Of a DNA stretch of 64,000 nt, positions 36,646 through 45,969 are shown piece by piece (the first letter of the stretch is position 1; each line of letters begins with the position of its first letter). The translations under genes were made by a program, and so were the position numbers. The notes beneath the pieces are model-generated. The model did not search any database and had not been told where the DNA came from. It saw nothing but the letters and a program-made list of their open reading frames with translations. Source of the stretch: Cyanobacteria bacterium auto_48_18 (GTDB taxonomy: Bacteria; Cyanobacteriota; Vampirovibrionia; Obscuribacterales; Obscuribacteraceae); contig JAVHQC010000016.1 in assembly GCA_036170915.1 (NCBI GenBank), positions 133,627-197,626 on the forward strand, in the 5' to 3' direction.

Positions 36646-38192
36646 TGCTGACCAAACTGTTAAAAAAGAAGTCGCCTGAAGAACTGGTCGATGAGGCTTA
36701 TGACGCCGACCGGTTGATGACCAAGCACTTAACTGCTTTTGATTTGCTTGCCTTTGGCGTTGGTGCCACAATCGGCTCGGGAATATTTGCCCTGACAGGT
36801 ACAGCCGCCGCCGGGCAACTGCAAAGCGCTAAAGATTTTTGGTCAACGCCGTTGCTCAACTTGATTATGGGCGCCTCCATGGGCCGCGAGGGTGCCGGGC
36901 CAGCGCTTGTTATTTCATTTTTGATTGCTGCCATTGCTTGTGGTTTTGCTGCGCTTTGCTATGCCGAACTGGCAGCCATGATTCCGGTATCAGGCTCAGC
37001 TTACACTTTTGCTTATGCATCGTTGGGAGAAGTGATCGCCTGGATTATCGGCTGGGATTTGATTCTTGAATATGCTGTGGGGAACATAGCCGTAGCCGTG
37101 AGCTGGTCAGAGCATTTTTCGCACGTCTACTATGGGCTAACGGGAGGCGGGCTGCCGCTCTGGCTAACATCAGATGTTCACACCGCTTTAGCATTGCAAA
37201 AGACTATCGCCGCTGGTAGCTTGCAATCGCATCTTTATTCCAGCCTGGATCTACCTGTCTTCTTTGGTCATGTGGTTGCAATTAATTTGCCGGCGTTTAT
37301 CATCGTCGCTCTAGTCACCTGGGTATTGATCGTAGGCATTAAAGAAAGTGCGTTTGCCAATACCATTGCTGTTGTTATTAAAGTCGTTGTAGTAATTTTC
37401 TTCATTGTTTATGGTGGTGGTCTGGTGAAACCCTCCAACTGGGTGCCTTTCGCTCCATCAGGTTTCGTTGGCATTATGGGCGGTGCCGCTATTGTTTTCT
37501 TCAGTTTCATTGGTTTCGATGCCGTATCGTCTACGGCTGAAGAAACTAAAAATCCACAGCGTGATATGCCCATTGGCATGATCGGGTCGTTAGTTATCTG
37601 TACCATTCTTTACGCTCTGGTATCACTTGTGCTCACAGGCATATTGCCCTATCAACACTATGCAAACGATGCTGCACCAGTGGCCACAGCCATTGCTGTG
37701 GGTGGCGCACCTTGGGCGCACTTGCTCGTGTCAGTGGGTGCTCTGGCTGGAATGACTTCAGTTTTGTTGGTTTTTCAGATGGGCCAACCGAGAATTTTTA
37801 TGGCCATGGCGCGCGACAAATTGCTACCAGGTTTCTTTGCCAGATTGCATCCAAAATATCGCACGCCTTTCATTCCTACAATTTTGACCGGCCTTTTTGT
37901 TGGACTGTCGGCCCTTATTGTTGATATTGGGCAAGCGGCAGAACTGACAAATATTGGCACACTGGCAGCATTTATCATTGTCTGTGCTGGGGTTTTGTTT
38001 TTACGAAAAAGTTCGCCTGATACCAATCGGCCGTTTAAATGTCCGCTTGTTCCACTAGTGCCCTGGGCTGGTATTATCTCGTGCTTTATCCTCATGCTCA
38101 GTCTGCCAGTGGCCACCTGGATTCGCTTTATAGTCTGGATGGCAGTAGGCTTTGCAATTTATTTTGGTTATGGATATCGCAAAGCGAACTGA
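36645..38192 (+). CDS. APC family amino acid permease (cationic amino acid transporter-like)
   Basis: GATIGSGIF, CYAELAAMIPVSGSAY, GWDLILEY, FIGFD, AEETKNPQRD and RPFKCP motifs. Confidence 0.95.
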   Translation: MLTKLLKKKSPEELVDEAYDADRLMTKHLTAFDLLAFGVGATIGSGIFALTGTAAAGQLQSAKDFWSTPLLNLIMGASMGREGAGPALVISFLIAAIACGFAALCYAELAAMIPVSGSAYTFAYASLGEVIAWIIGWDLILEYAVGNIAVAVSWSEHFSHVYYGLTGGGLPLWLTSDVHTALALQKTIAAGSLQSHLYSSLDLPVFFGHVVAINLPAFIIVALVTWVLIVGIKESAFANTIAVVIKVVVVIFFIVYGGGLVKPSNWVPFAPSGFVGIMGGAAIVFFSFIGFDAVSSTAEETKNPQRDMPIGMIGSLVICTILYALVSLVLTGILPYQHYANDAAPVATAIAVGGAPWAHLLVSVGALAGMTSVLLVFQMGQPRIFMAMARDKLLPGFFARLHPKYRTPFIPTILTGLFVGLSALIVDIGQAAELTNIGTLAAFIIVCAGVLFLRKSSPDTNRPFKCPLVPLVPWAGIISCFILMLSLPVATWIRFIVWMAVGFAIYFGYGYRKAN

Positions 38193-38201
38193 TACAAAAT
38201 A

Positions 38202-39011
38202 ATGATCAAGATATTTGCGGGCCTAGTATTGTTTTGCCTGATATTTGGTTTCGCAGACAGTGCCAAGGCATCCAACCATGAAGCAGATCAGCTTTTCAAA
38301 AAAGCGACTGCAGAGAGCCTGCGCATGGAAACGCAAGATCAGGCGCTCAAGCACTACGCCGCTGCCATAGCCCTTGAGCCACGCAATGCCGTTTATCATG
38401 CAGGGCAAGCAGCATTGCTTTATGACCTTGAAGAAGATGAAGCTGCCCTTGTAGCATGCAACAAAGCTATCAAATGTAATGCTAAAAATTCTGATGCCTG
38501 GAGAGTTAAAGCTAAGGTCGAAGGAAGACTAAAAAGACCGAATGATGGAATAGCTAGTCTCAATGTAGCCATGACCTTGCTGCCGTTGACAGCGCCTTTG
38601 CTGCAAGAGCGTGGTCGTCTTTATCGATTAGCAGGTCGTTACCGTGAAGCAGAAAAAGATCTTGATCAAGCCATTGTCATGCAGCCAAATCTTGCTGGTG
38701 CATACATAGAACGCATTATGGTCAATACCAAATTAAAGCAGTGGAACAAAGTGATCTCAGACTGCTCCATCGGCTTAAAAACTGATGCCATGCATCATGA
38801 GCATGTGCTGCAACAACGTTCAGAGGCAAAATTCGAGCTCCATGATTATGATGGCGCTACTGACGACCTCAAGCGAGCACTGAAACACTCGCCGGACAAC
38901 ATTAAAATCCATCAGGCACTTTTGAAAATTTATAAAAAAGTCGGCGATACAAAGGGTGTATCGCTCGAGACCGAAAAGATCAGGCAACTAAACGAGATTT
39001 TCGCTAAATAG
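38202..39011 (+). CDS. Exported tetratricopeptide repeat protein
   Basis: Signal peptide and several TPR units (AIALEPRNA, AEKDLDQAI, ATDDLKRAL). Confidence 0.88.
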   Translation: MIKIFAGLVLFCLIFGFADSAKASNHEADQLFKKATAESLRMETQDQALKHYAAAIALEPRNAVYHAGQAALLYDLEEDEAALVACNKAIKCNAKNSDAWRVKAKVEGRLKRPNDGIASLNVAMTLLPLTAPLLQERGRLYRLAGRYREAEKDLDQAIVMQPNLAGAYIERIMVNTKLKQWNKVISDCSIGLKTDAMHHEHVLQQRSEAKFELHDYDGATDDLKRALKHSPDNIKIHQALLKIYKKVGDTKGVSLETEKIRQLNEIFAK

Positions 39012-39259
39012 CGAACTCCAAGCCAAATGCCAACTTCTGATAATGCCATTAATTCGCAATAGTCGCTTTGCGTTACTGGGGCGCTATCTTGGCGTATTCT
39101 AGTGACGCAAGACTTGCTAGATGACACTGAGCGTTATCTATTGTCATCTTTATTGAGAACCTATTTCATCATTCTCAACAGCTTTTAGCGTTAAGCGCGA
39201 CGTGTTAATTCCACCGGTTGACCTATTTAGAGCTTCTTCACAAATTGTCGGCCCAGCCC

Positions 39260-39288
39260 TTGCATTAACTCAAGCCTTCAGCTATGCT
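39260..39288 (+). promoter_or_regulatory. Sigma70-type promoter of the flavodoxin locus
   Basis: TTGCAT (39260-39265), 17-nt spacer, TATGCT (39283-39288). Confidence 0.65.
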
Positions 39289-39299
39289 CGTCTTGTTGT

Positions 39300-39314
39300 T
39301 GCGATTGATTCTCA
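39300..39314 (+). promoter_or_regulatory. Putative Fur box
   Basis: TGCGATT-G-ATTCTCA resembles the 7-1-7 TGA(T/G)AAT-N-ATT(A/C)TCA consensus. It sits just downstream of the -10 element and upstream of flavodoxin. A weaker related site lies at 39153-39178. Confidence 0.65.
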
Positions 39315-39486
39315 ATAACGTTCGTCTTTTCTCTTAGCTCTCCTGAACCTTTTAGTCTGGGTGCCGGACCGCCAGAGAAAAGACCTAATTTTAAAAATTA
39401 CAACTCGACCGACGGTCGATTGTATCAACGTGTATTTCGATGCCGCCACGGGCGGTGGCATTGCGGTGTCTTTCTTTGGAGGAAAT

Positions 39487-40002
39487 GTGGGTAAGTTATT
39501 TTACGGAACTATGACAGGCAACACTACATCGGTAGCAGAAGCAATTCAGGTTGCGCTGGCAGATTTGGTTGACGAAGCTCGGTGTATCGACCGTGCTAAA
39601 GCTGATGATTTTCGCGCAGCCGATTTGCTCATACTGGGCGGCTCTACCTGGGGTGATGGTGAGCTGACCGATGATTGGGCCGACTTTTTTCCTCAACTCG
39701 ATCAAATTGATTTTAATGGCAAAACTGTTGCTCTCTTCGCACTCGGTGATCAGGTGGGTTATGGATACAACTTTGTCAGCGCCATGAAACTGCTCTACGA
39801 CAAAGTGATCGAAAGAGGGGCGCGAGTTATCGGAAATCGAGTGCCTGTTGAAGGCTTCGATTTCTCACATTCTGAATCAATTGTTGACGGCGCCTTTGTC
39901 GGTCTCGTAGTTGATGAAATGAATGAACCTGAATTGACTGACGCCCGCATTCAGGCCTGGGCCACGACCATTAAGCAAGAAGCACTGGCCGGCGCTGTTT
40001 AG
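39487..40002 (+). CDS. fldA: Long-chain flavodoxin
   Basis: LFYGTMTGNT, GGSTWGDGEL, ALFALGDQVGY..NF and FVGLVVDE motifs. GTG start 39487 follows a GGAGGA RBS; the track start at 39361 runs through the leader. Confidence 0.93.
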   Translation: MGKLFYGTMTGNTTSVAEAIQVALADLVDEARCIDRAKADDFRAADLLILGGSTWGDGELTDDWADFFPQLDQIDFNGKTVALFALGDQVGYGYNFVSAMKLLYDKVIERGARVIGNRVPVEGFDFSHSESIVDGAFVGLVVDEMNEPELTDARIQAWATTIKQEALAGAV

Positions 40003-40053
40003 TTAATCGACACTGAAGGCGGTGGCGCCAAACGGCAAATTGGAGGTCGGCAA

Positions 40054-40305
40054 TTGAAAAACTTAGCAATTGAATTGTTCGGTGGGCCACACGACGGTTT
40101 TTCCATTGACTGCCTGCTGACGCCGCCGCCCTATTTCCTTCTACCTGTGAAGGCAAAAAACGTTGCCACGGTCTATTACTTTGAAAGTGTTTTTTATAGC
40201 GAGGGCAAAGGGAGGCTGCGCTACGTCTTTAGCGGCTACCAGGCTATCTCAAAAGACGAGCTGCAAGTACTTAGAGGGATGGAAGCCAGTGCGAGGTACA
40301 GATAA
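40054..40305 (+). CDS. Small hypothetical protein (GGPHDG motif)
   Basis: GGAGG RBS with TTG start, 83 aa, IELFGGPHDG. Confidence 0.65.
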   Translation: MKNLAIELFGGPHDGFSIDCLLTPPPYFLLPVKAKNVATVYYFESVFYSEGKGRLRYVFSGYQAISKDELQVLRGMEASARYR

Positions 40306-40641
40306 ATGACAGGTTTGGCTCGCTGGATACATGAACGTCCACCGGCAACTATTGAACGATTGAAGAAGATCAATCAGGCTGCCACCAGTTCGCACCATAT
40401 TATTCTGGCACTTTCGTATGCGATTCATGATCCACACATTCGAGCAATCAATAAAGTGATTGTGGCATTTTTGTTGTCTCGCCACAGAGCGCAACGTAGC
40501 GGCAATTTTGACAAAATAGAGCGCATCGAATGCAAGCTGCAAGAGATGCACGAAGCTATCAATGCAGTGACTGGCACTGAGCCTGCTGTTAACAAAGCCG
40601 CTGCAGAAAACGCGTGCAAACGAGTAGTCGCAAGAACATAA
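40306..40641 (+). CDS. Small hypothetical helical protein
   Basis: ATG directly follows the previous stop codon, and the ORF is followed by a terminator. Confidence 0.5.
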   Translation: MTGLARWIHERPPATIERLKKINQAATSSHHIILALSYAIHDPHIRAINKVIVAFLLSRHRAQRSGNFDKIERIECKLQEMHEAINAVTGTEPAVNKAAAENACKRVVART

Positions 40642-40643
40642 GA

Positions 40644-40677
40644 AAACAGGGAGCTCGAAAGCCCCCTGTTTCTTTTT
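40644..40677. terminator. Intrinsic terminator between convergent genes
   Basis: AAACAGGGAGCT-CGAA-AGCCCCCTGTTTCTTTTT. Confidence 0.7.
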
Positions 40678-40697
40678 ACTGAAATTTCGCCAACAAA

Positions 40698-41246
40698 TTA
40701 TTTGATGGTGATTTCTTTACCGGAGCGAACTTCGGTTTTCAGTGTGCGGGTTTTGGTTGAAGATACATGACCTTCGATTGAACCATGTGATACAGGAATG
40801 CGCAGAGCAGCTTCCATTTTAGGCAAGCTGATGAAGAGCAAGCCGCGGTCTAGGCGAGCTTCTACATTTTCCCAAACGATTTCTGTTTCGAATTCAAATT
40901 CACGAACCATCAGTGTTGCTGGCAATTCACGACGAAGATACATTGCTTTTTCTTCGAACATGGTTGGTGTGCGCTTAGCAATTACTGTGAGGTAACGGCC
41001 TTCAATTTTGAGTTCGATATCATCAAGAACAACGCCTGGAAGAGCGAGTTCGAGTACGAATTGATCGTCGAGTTCAAGAATATCAGCGCAAGGAATATCG
41101 AACTGATTGTGGCCGTATTCAAATACTGGTCTTGTGTAGCTGTCGAAACCGTAGTGAGCACGGTTGAGGTGATTTCTCAAAGGCATGCCGACTTCTCTGG
41201 TGCCAAATTCTCTGGTGCCGAATTCTCTGTTGTTACGGTTGTACAT
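40698..41246 (-). CDS. Hsp20/alpha-crystallin small heat shock protein
   Basis: ADILE..FVLELALPGV..DIEL, YLRRE and VEARLDRGLLFISLPK motifs. Confidence 0.9.
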   Translation of the reverse strand: MYNRNNREFGTREFGTREVGMPLRNHLNRAHYGFDSYTRPVFEYGHNQFDIPCADILELDDQFVLELALPGVVLDDIELKIEGRYLTVIAKRTPTMFEEKAMYLRRELPATLMVREFEFETEIVWENVEARLDRGLLFISLPKMEAALRIPVSHGSIEGHVSSTKTRTLKTEVRSGKEITIK

Positions 41247-41656
41247 TTAATTACTTCTCCATTGTGTCGTAATTTTGAACGTGAACCCGCTCCAAGACCG
41301 GCCTTGCACTATTGCAGGCCGAAATCGCCGTCAGCGACCGCACTCCAGAACTAGTTCTGGTGCCGTCTTCAGAAGTGGTGTTGCTGTTCTTGTGCTCGAT
41401 ATGTTAGCGCGAAACCCAGTTAATATGCGGATTTTCCTAATTCGTTTGCCATTGCGCTTGTGAACCTGAGAACGTGTTCATATTCAAGCTTTGCAGACTT
41501 GGCATCCTGCCTCAACCATGGAGAAATCTCACGGAGAGCGGCGATTATATATTTGGGTGAGGTACAAAAGCCCGCCTAAGCTGTAGCTTTCATGGTCCTC
41601 AAGCTTGCTACCTGGCGCGCTTAATTTATTAATTTCGCTTTGCGCTCATTAATCGA

Positions 41657-42556
41657 CTACTTGGCAGCTTTCGGTCTCACTGAAGTCTTTTTCTTGACTG
41701 TGATTTTGCTTGTTTTGCTGGTGAATGGTTTCGGTGTGACAGCAGCAAGCCGCTTGTTCATGCGCTCCAAAAGCGATTTCAATTCGCGACAGTTGTTTTC
41801 CAGCCTGGCGATATCATCGTTTGAACCATTGGCATCTTTCTGTGTGGTTTCCAGTTCACGGCGGCTGACAACACCTTCTGCATATAACTGTTCAAAATTC
41901 TTGGCGCGGTCTTGCAGTTCGGCTTGTGAACTTTTTTTTGCGGCCAGTTGAACGCTTGCATCCTTATATTGAATGGAAACTTCTTTAATGCGATCTTTCA
42001 GCGCTTCTTTGCTCATGTATTCAACTTGCATTCCGTACAAGCCGCTACCCATGGCCATCATGGCAGGGTCAGACAGCATTGTTGGAGTGTTGGGTGGTGG
42101 TGGTGGCACCATGCTGGCCCCGCGCCCGGTGCGAGCGGCTTTCTTTGCTGCTTTGCCGTCAGCCTTAGCCTGAGCATCTGCTTCTGATTTTGCTTTCGCT
42201 TCTACTTTGGCGTTTGCTTTGGCATCTGCTTTAGCGTCTGCTTTTGCTTTGGCATTAAGAGTTTTCGTTTCAGCTTTTGACTTAACGTCTACTTTAGTTT
42301 TGGTGGCGTCTAAAAGTGATGACTCTTTAGCGGCTGTGGTGGTAGCGGTTTTCGTCACCGCCACGGCCTTAGTTGTAGCAACCGGTTCGACCTTCTTAAG
42401 AGTGGCGTCGGGAATAGGACGCAATGCCGGCCCATCTTTTGCTGCCAGTGCGCTCGCAGTCATAAGAGAGCTAAAGCAAAGAGCCAAAGCCGCGGCTTGC
42501 GCGATTTTTTTTGCAAACTCATATTTCCTTACAGGCTGTAGCATCGTGATTTCCAA
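41657..42556 (-). CDS. Exported Lys/Ala-rich coiled-coil protein
   Basis: Signal peptide, AKAKADA repeats, a polyproline stretch, and an alpha-hairpin (LYAEGVVSRRELE) like those of HlyD-type adaptors. Confidence 0.65.
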   Translation of the reverse strand: MEITMLQPVRKYEFAKKIAQAAALALCFSSLMTASALAAKDGPALRPIPDATLKKVEPVATTKAVAVTKTATTTAAKESSLLDATKTKVDVKSKAETKTLNAKAKADAKADAKANAKVEAKAKSEADAQAKADGKAAKKAARTGRGASMVPPPPPNTPTMLSDPAMMAMGSGLYGMQVEYMSKEALKDRIKEVSIQYKDASVQLAAKKSSQAELQDRAKNFEQLYAEGVVSRRELETTQKDANGSNDDIARLENNCRELKSLLERMNKRLAAVTPKPFTSKTSKITVKKKTSVRPKAAK

Positions 42557-42582
42557 AAGACTCTATGGTGTAAGCTCTAAAG

Positions 42583-43416
42583 ATGCCTTCAGACAACATC
42601 TCTAATCAGACAATTACAATCCTCTTCCTTGGCGACGTAATAGGCAAGCCGGGAAGGCTTGTGGTGAAAAAATACTTACAGAGCTTGAGAGATGGTTCTG
42701 CCTCTAATAATGGCCACAGTGAGGCTTTTCCTGACTTTGTGGTCGTCAACGTTGAAAACGCCGCGCACGGCTTTGGCGTTACAAAGGACAATATAGCCGA
42801 TCTCAAGGAAGTAGGCGTCGATGTATTTTCTGGCGGCAATCATACTTTTGATCGCAAGGAAACGTTTGATTTTATTGATCAAGAACCAAACCTTTTGCGT
42901 CCCGCCAATTATCCGGAAGGCACTCCAGGACAAGGCTATTGCATTTTAACTAAAGGCGCTCACAAATTGGCCGTGATCAATGTCATGGGGCGTGTATTCA
43001 TGGAGCCGCTGCAGTCACCGTTTCTGGTGGCGGAGCAATTGGTGGCAAAAGTGAAGGAAGAGACAAATATCATTTTGGTTGATTTACATGCCGAGGCCAC
43101 TGCAGAGAAAGTAGCCATGGGTTGGTATTTAGACGGAAAAGTGTCAGCCGTTGTCGGTACCCACACTCACGTTCAAACTGCCGATGAAAGGTTGCTGCAT
43201 CACGGCACTGCATATATTACCGACGCCGGTTGCTGCGGCCCTACTGACGGCGTCATCGGCATGGCCACAGAGGGTGTATTCAGGCGCATGATAAAGCAGT
43301 TGCCATCACGCTTTGAAATCGCCAGTGGCCCCACTGTGTGCTGTGGCGTACTGATTACTGTTGATGCTGTGAGCGGCAAAGCTCAAAATATTACGCGAGT
43401 GAGATTTTACGACTAA
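42583..43416 (+). CDS. ymdB: YmdB-like metallophosphoesterase (TIGR00282 type)
   Basis: LFLGDVIGKPG, NVENAAHG, GNHTFD, RPANYP, DLHAEATAEK and GTHTHVQTAD motifs. Confidence 0.95.
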   Translation: MPSDNISNQTITILFLGDVIGKPGRLVVKKYLQSLRDGSASNNGHSEAFPDFVVVNVENAAHGFGVTKDNIADLKEVGVDVFSGGNHTFDRKETFDFIDQEPNLLRPANYPEGTPGQGYCILTKGAHKLAVINVMGRVFMEPLQSPFLVAEQLVAKVKEETNIILVDLHAEATAEKVAMGWYLDGKVSAVVGTHTHVQTADERLLHHGTAYITDAGCCGPTDGVIGMATEGVFRRMIKQLPSRFEIASGPTVCCGVLITVDAVSGKAQNITRVRFYD

Positions 43417-44243
43417 TGTTTGATTTGCATTTGCACAGTCATCACTCTGACGGCACTTGGTCGCCTTACGAGCTGGTCGAGCACGCTGTCAAAATCGGTA
43501 TGAAGACGATTGCTTTAACAGACCATGACACTGTCAGTGGTATTGACGAAGCAATTGTTGCCGCGGGCGGAAGGCTTGAAATTATTCCAGCCATCGAGCT
43601 CAATACAATCTTTTGCGATGACCTGGGTAATAGTCACGACGTTCATATTCTTGGCTATTTTATTGATCGAGAGAATGCAGATTTATTGTCGGCTATCACG
43701 CTGCAAAAGCAAGCCAGGGCCGCGCACGTTCTTGATTGCATCAAGCTTGTAGCGTCCGCTGGTGTGAAGATAACCGTGGAGTCTGTGCAGGAATGTGCTG
43801 GACAAGGAGCTATTGGCAAAGCGCACTTAACTGAGGCAATTGTTCGCGCTGGTGGTGCACCTGATGTGACCGCAGCCTATGAAAAATTTATGGTGCGGGG
43901 ATCAAAGTTTTATGCGGACAGGCACAGTATAAGCCCGTTTGCCGCAGTTGCTGCCATTAATGCCGCAGGCGGTGTGGCATCCATTGCTCATCCTGGCAAG
44001 GAAGACTATGTGATACCGCTGATAGAGTCATTACGTCAAGCTGGTTTAGGTGGAATTGAGGCATATCACCGTGTGCATTCACCGAATTTGGTTGAACAAT
44101 ACGTTGAGATGGCAAGGCGTCTAAACCTGGTGGTAACCGGTGGATCCGACTGCCACGGACCATTCGAAGAATATGCGTCGCTGATGGGGTCGATAGTTAT
44201 GCCGGAAGAGATTTTGAGTGGTTTGTCACGTCGCCGGGTCTGA
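43416..44243 (+). CDS. PHP-domain phosphoesterase (TrpH/YciV-like)
   Basis: DLHLHSHHSDG, ALTDHDT, VHILGY, IAHP and TGGSDCHG motifs. Confidence 0.93.
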   Translation: MFDLHLHSHHSDGTWSPYELVEHAVKIGMKTIALTDHDTVSGIDEAIVAAGGRLEIIPAIELNTIFCDDLGNSHDVHILGYFIDRENADLLSAITLQKQARAAHVLDCIKLVASAGVKITVESVQECAGQGAIGKAHLTEAIVRAGGAPDVTAAYEKFMVRGSKFYADRHSISPFAAVAAINAAGGVASIAHPGKEDYVIPLIESLRQAGLGGIEAYHRVHSPNLVEQYVEMARRLNLVVTGGSDCHGPFEEYASLMGSIVMPEEILSGLSRRRV

Positions 44244-44251
44244 TTACAATG

Positions 44252-44826
44252 CTAGCGCTGTTTTGAAGCGCTAGGCAGGCGGTGGACGACGCCCGACTTA
44301 GGAATTGGTAGTTCTTCAAGATGCGGCATGTTGAATTGCATATGATAGAAAATCTGGCCTCGTTCAACAGACCAATCGCTAATGCAATAGCCACCCAGTT
44401 CTTTGCTTATTTTGAAACTTAGCTCGATATCGTGATAGATCTTCTCGTTTCGTTTGTTTTTCCATTTTCCTGTAACGCGCACGATAGCGTCTGATTTTTT
44501 ACTATAGGGTCTGAAATATCTGTAATTACAAACTCTTTGATTTCTGAGTTCGTCCAAAAGACTTGGTCAAAATCGGTAAGCGCAGCTGACAACATCCAAT
44601 CTTTTGCTTGTCTACGACCCTCGGCCGCTTCAGGCGAATAGTCCAAGGCCTTACTTACCCACCACTGCACAAAGGCTTTAGCCGTCTCCGGCTTAGCCAT
44701 ATACTGCGCCTCGTGATTAATCCAACTGCTGGCGATCCAGCTGAGGAAAATCACCACCGCGATAATGAGCAGCCCACGAATAGCGCGCTGCATCGGTCTG
44801 GTCACTGCCGAGCGAAGTATGATCAT
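44252..44826 (-). pseudogene. Membrane-anchored hypothetical gene split by a 1-nt frameshift
   Basis: Frame 1 (RBS, ATG 44826, TM helix) reads ..ISDPIVK. The overlapping frame continues (K)KSDAIVRVTGKW..IELSFKI to 44252. The junction is an A6 run at 44495-44500. Confidence 0.55.
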
Positions 44827-44955
44827 GTTTTATCCTCTCTCTCTATCTTAAGGGAGAAGGCAATCTTGTCCGCCAAAAATTAACATTATTCCAGCCAGCC
44901 AGAGCCATTACGAGCGCGGCTAGTGATATCAATGGTGGTGCTAATTTGAATCGCT

Positions 44956-45462
44956 CTACGGAGCTGCGCTTAGCGCTTTATCTATTTGCTGATTCAGTAT
45001 AGAAGATTCAACTTCACCAATTGAACTCCACGAGACTTTGCCGCTTTTATCAAGAATCACTTCGAAAGGAATGTAGCCCTTGTAGTGGTTCTTTAATAGA
45101 CTGCGAGCTTGATCATTTTGCGTGTGGTCAACATCGATGACAATAAATTTGACCGGTTTGCTGCTTGTCTGTTTGTAGAGATCTACCAATCTTTTCGCCT
45201 GACGATTAGTGTTCAGATCTCCAGATGCACCAAAGAAAAGCACGGTGGCCTTGCCTGGCTCAAGTGTGCAATCATCGAGCTTCTGGCACTCAATAGGAAA
45301 ACCGCTGTCGGTATCCTGCACAAATGAAATTCCTTTTTTCAACTTCAAATCATCAGCAGCCCACGCGCCGTTGCAAAAGACTGCGTAACTTAAGCCTACG
45401 CTGGCCAAGAGCCCAGCAAATAAGATTCGTTCAAAAAAGTGAACCGATCGGACAGATGACAT
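44956..45462 (-). CDS. Exported thioredoxin-fold protein lacking CxxC
   Basis: GKATVLFFGASGD (in place of WCxxC), VKFIVIDVD and IPFEVILDKSGKV. Confidence 0.7.
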   Translation of the reverse strand: MSSVRSVHFFERILFAGLLASVGLSYAVFCNGAWAADDLKLKKGISFVQDTDSGFPIECQKLDDCTLEPGKATVLFFGASGDLNTNRQAKRLVDLYKQTSSKPVKFIVIDVDHTQNDQARSLLKNHYKGYIPFEVILDKSGKVSWSSIGEVESSILNQQIDKALSAAP

Positions 45463-45555
45463 TTCAAAAACCTTTTTTCTAAGGGCAATACCAATTGTCT
45501 AACAAAGACAACCAAAGCACCAGCTATGTTCCCGGCGGCAGAGCTAGACGTTAAA

Positions 45556-45969
45556 CTATTGCTCTAATTTAAAATCGCTGGCTTTAATGCCGTGCACAAA
45601 GCGTGACCACTTCTGCTGTTCGTAACTCATAGAATATTCGTAAAGGCTGTTCAAAAGTCGCACTCCAGAGCTGGAAGCGCCTTCAAAGAAGTATCCGATT
45701 TCAGCTCCGGTCTCGATGCTTGCCTGTTTGCTCTGGCTCTTGATAGCCAGTTCGGCCTCCTGCGGCAGGCGAATTTTGCGCGAGCGATTGAGGTTAGGAG
45801 ACTGATTGAGTTTGCTGTGCCTGCCAATTCCCACTTCGCAGTGTATAACCTGGTCGACCGCCGAGGTTGGAGCATTGTTCAGCCTTTCCCACAGCCAAAT
45901 AGAAAGCGCCTGGTTGGCTGGCAACTCAGGAACTTTGTGCAAAAACTCGGCGAAGGCCTCTAGGATCAT
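45556..45969 (-). CDS. Hypothetical protein
   Basis: 137-aa ORF filling the gap between genes. No motif recognised. Confidence 0.6.
   Translation of the reverse strand: MILEAFAEFLHKVPELPANQALSIWLWERLNNAPTSAVDQVIHCEVGIGRHSKLNQSPNLNRSRKIRLPQEAELAIKSQSKQASIETGAEIGYFFEGASSSGVRLLNSLYEYSMSYEQQKWSRFVHGIKASDFKLEQ

Noticed and set aside
39361..39486. 42-aa N-terminal extension of flavodoxin
   Set aside because: The flavodoxin fold starts at GKLFYGT, and a GGAGGA RBS precedes the GTG at 39487.
41247..41656. CIRCE element upstream of hsp20
   Set aside because: No TTAGCACTC-N9-GAGTGCTAA match, only weak unrelated hairpins.
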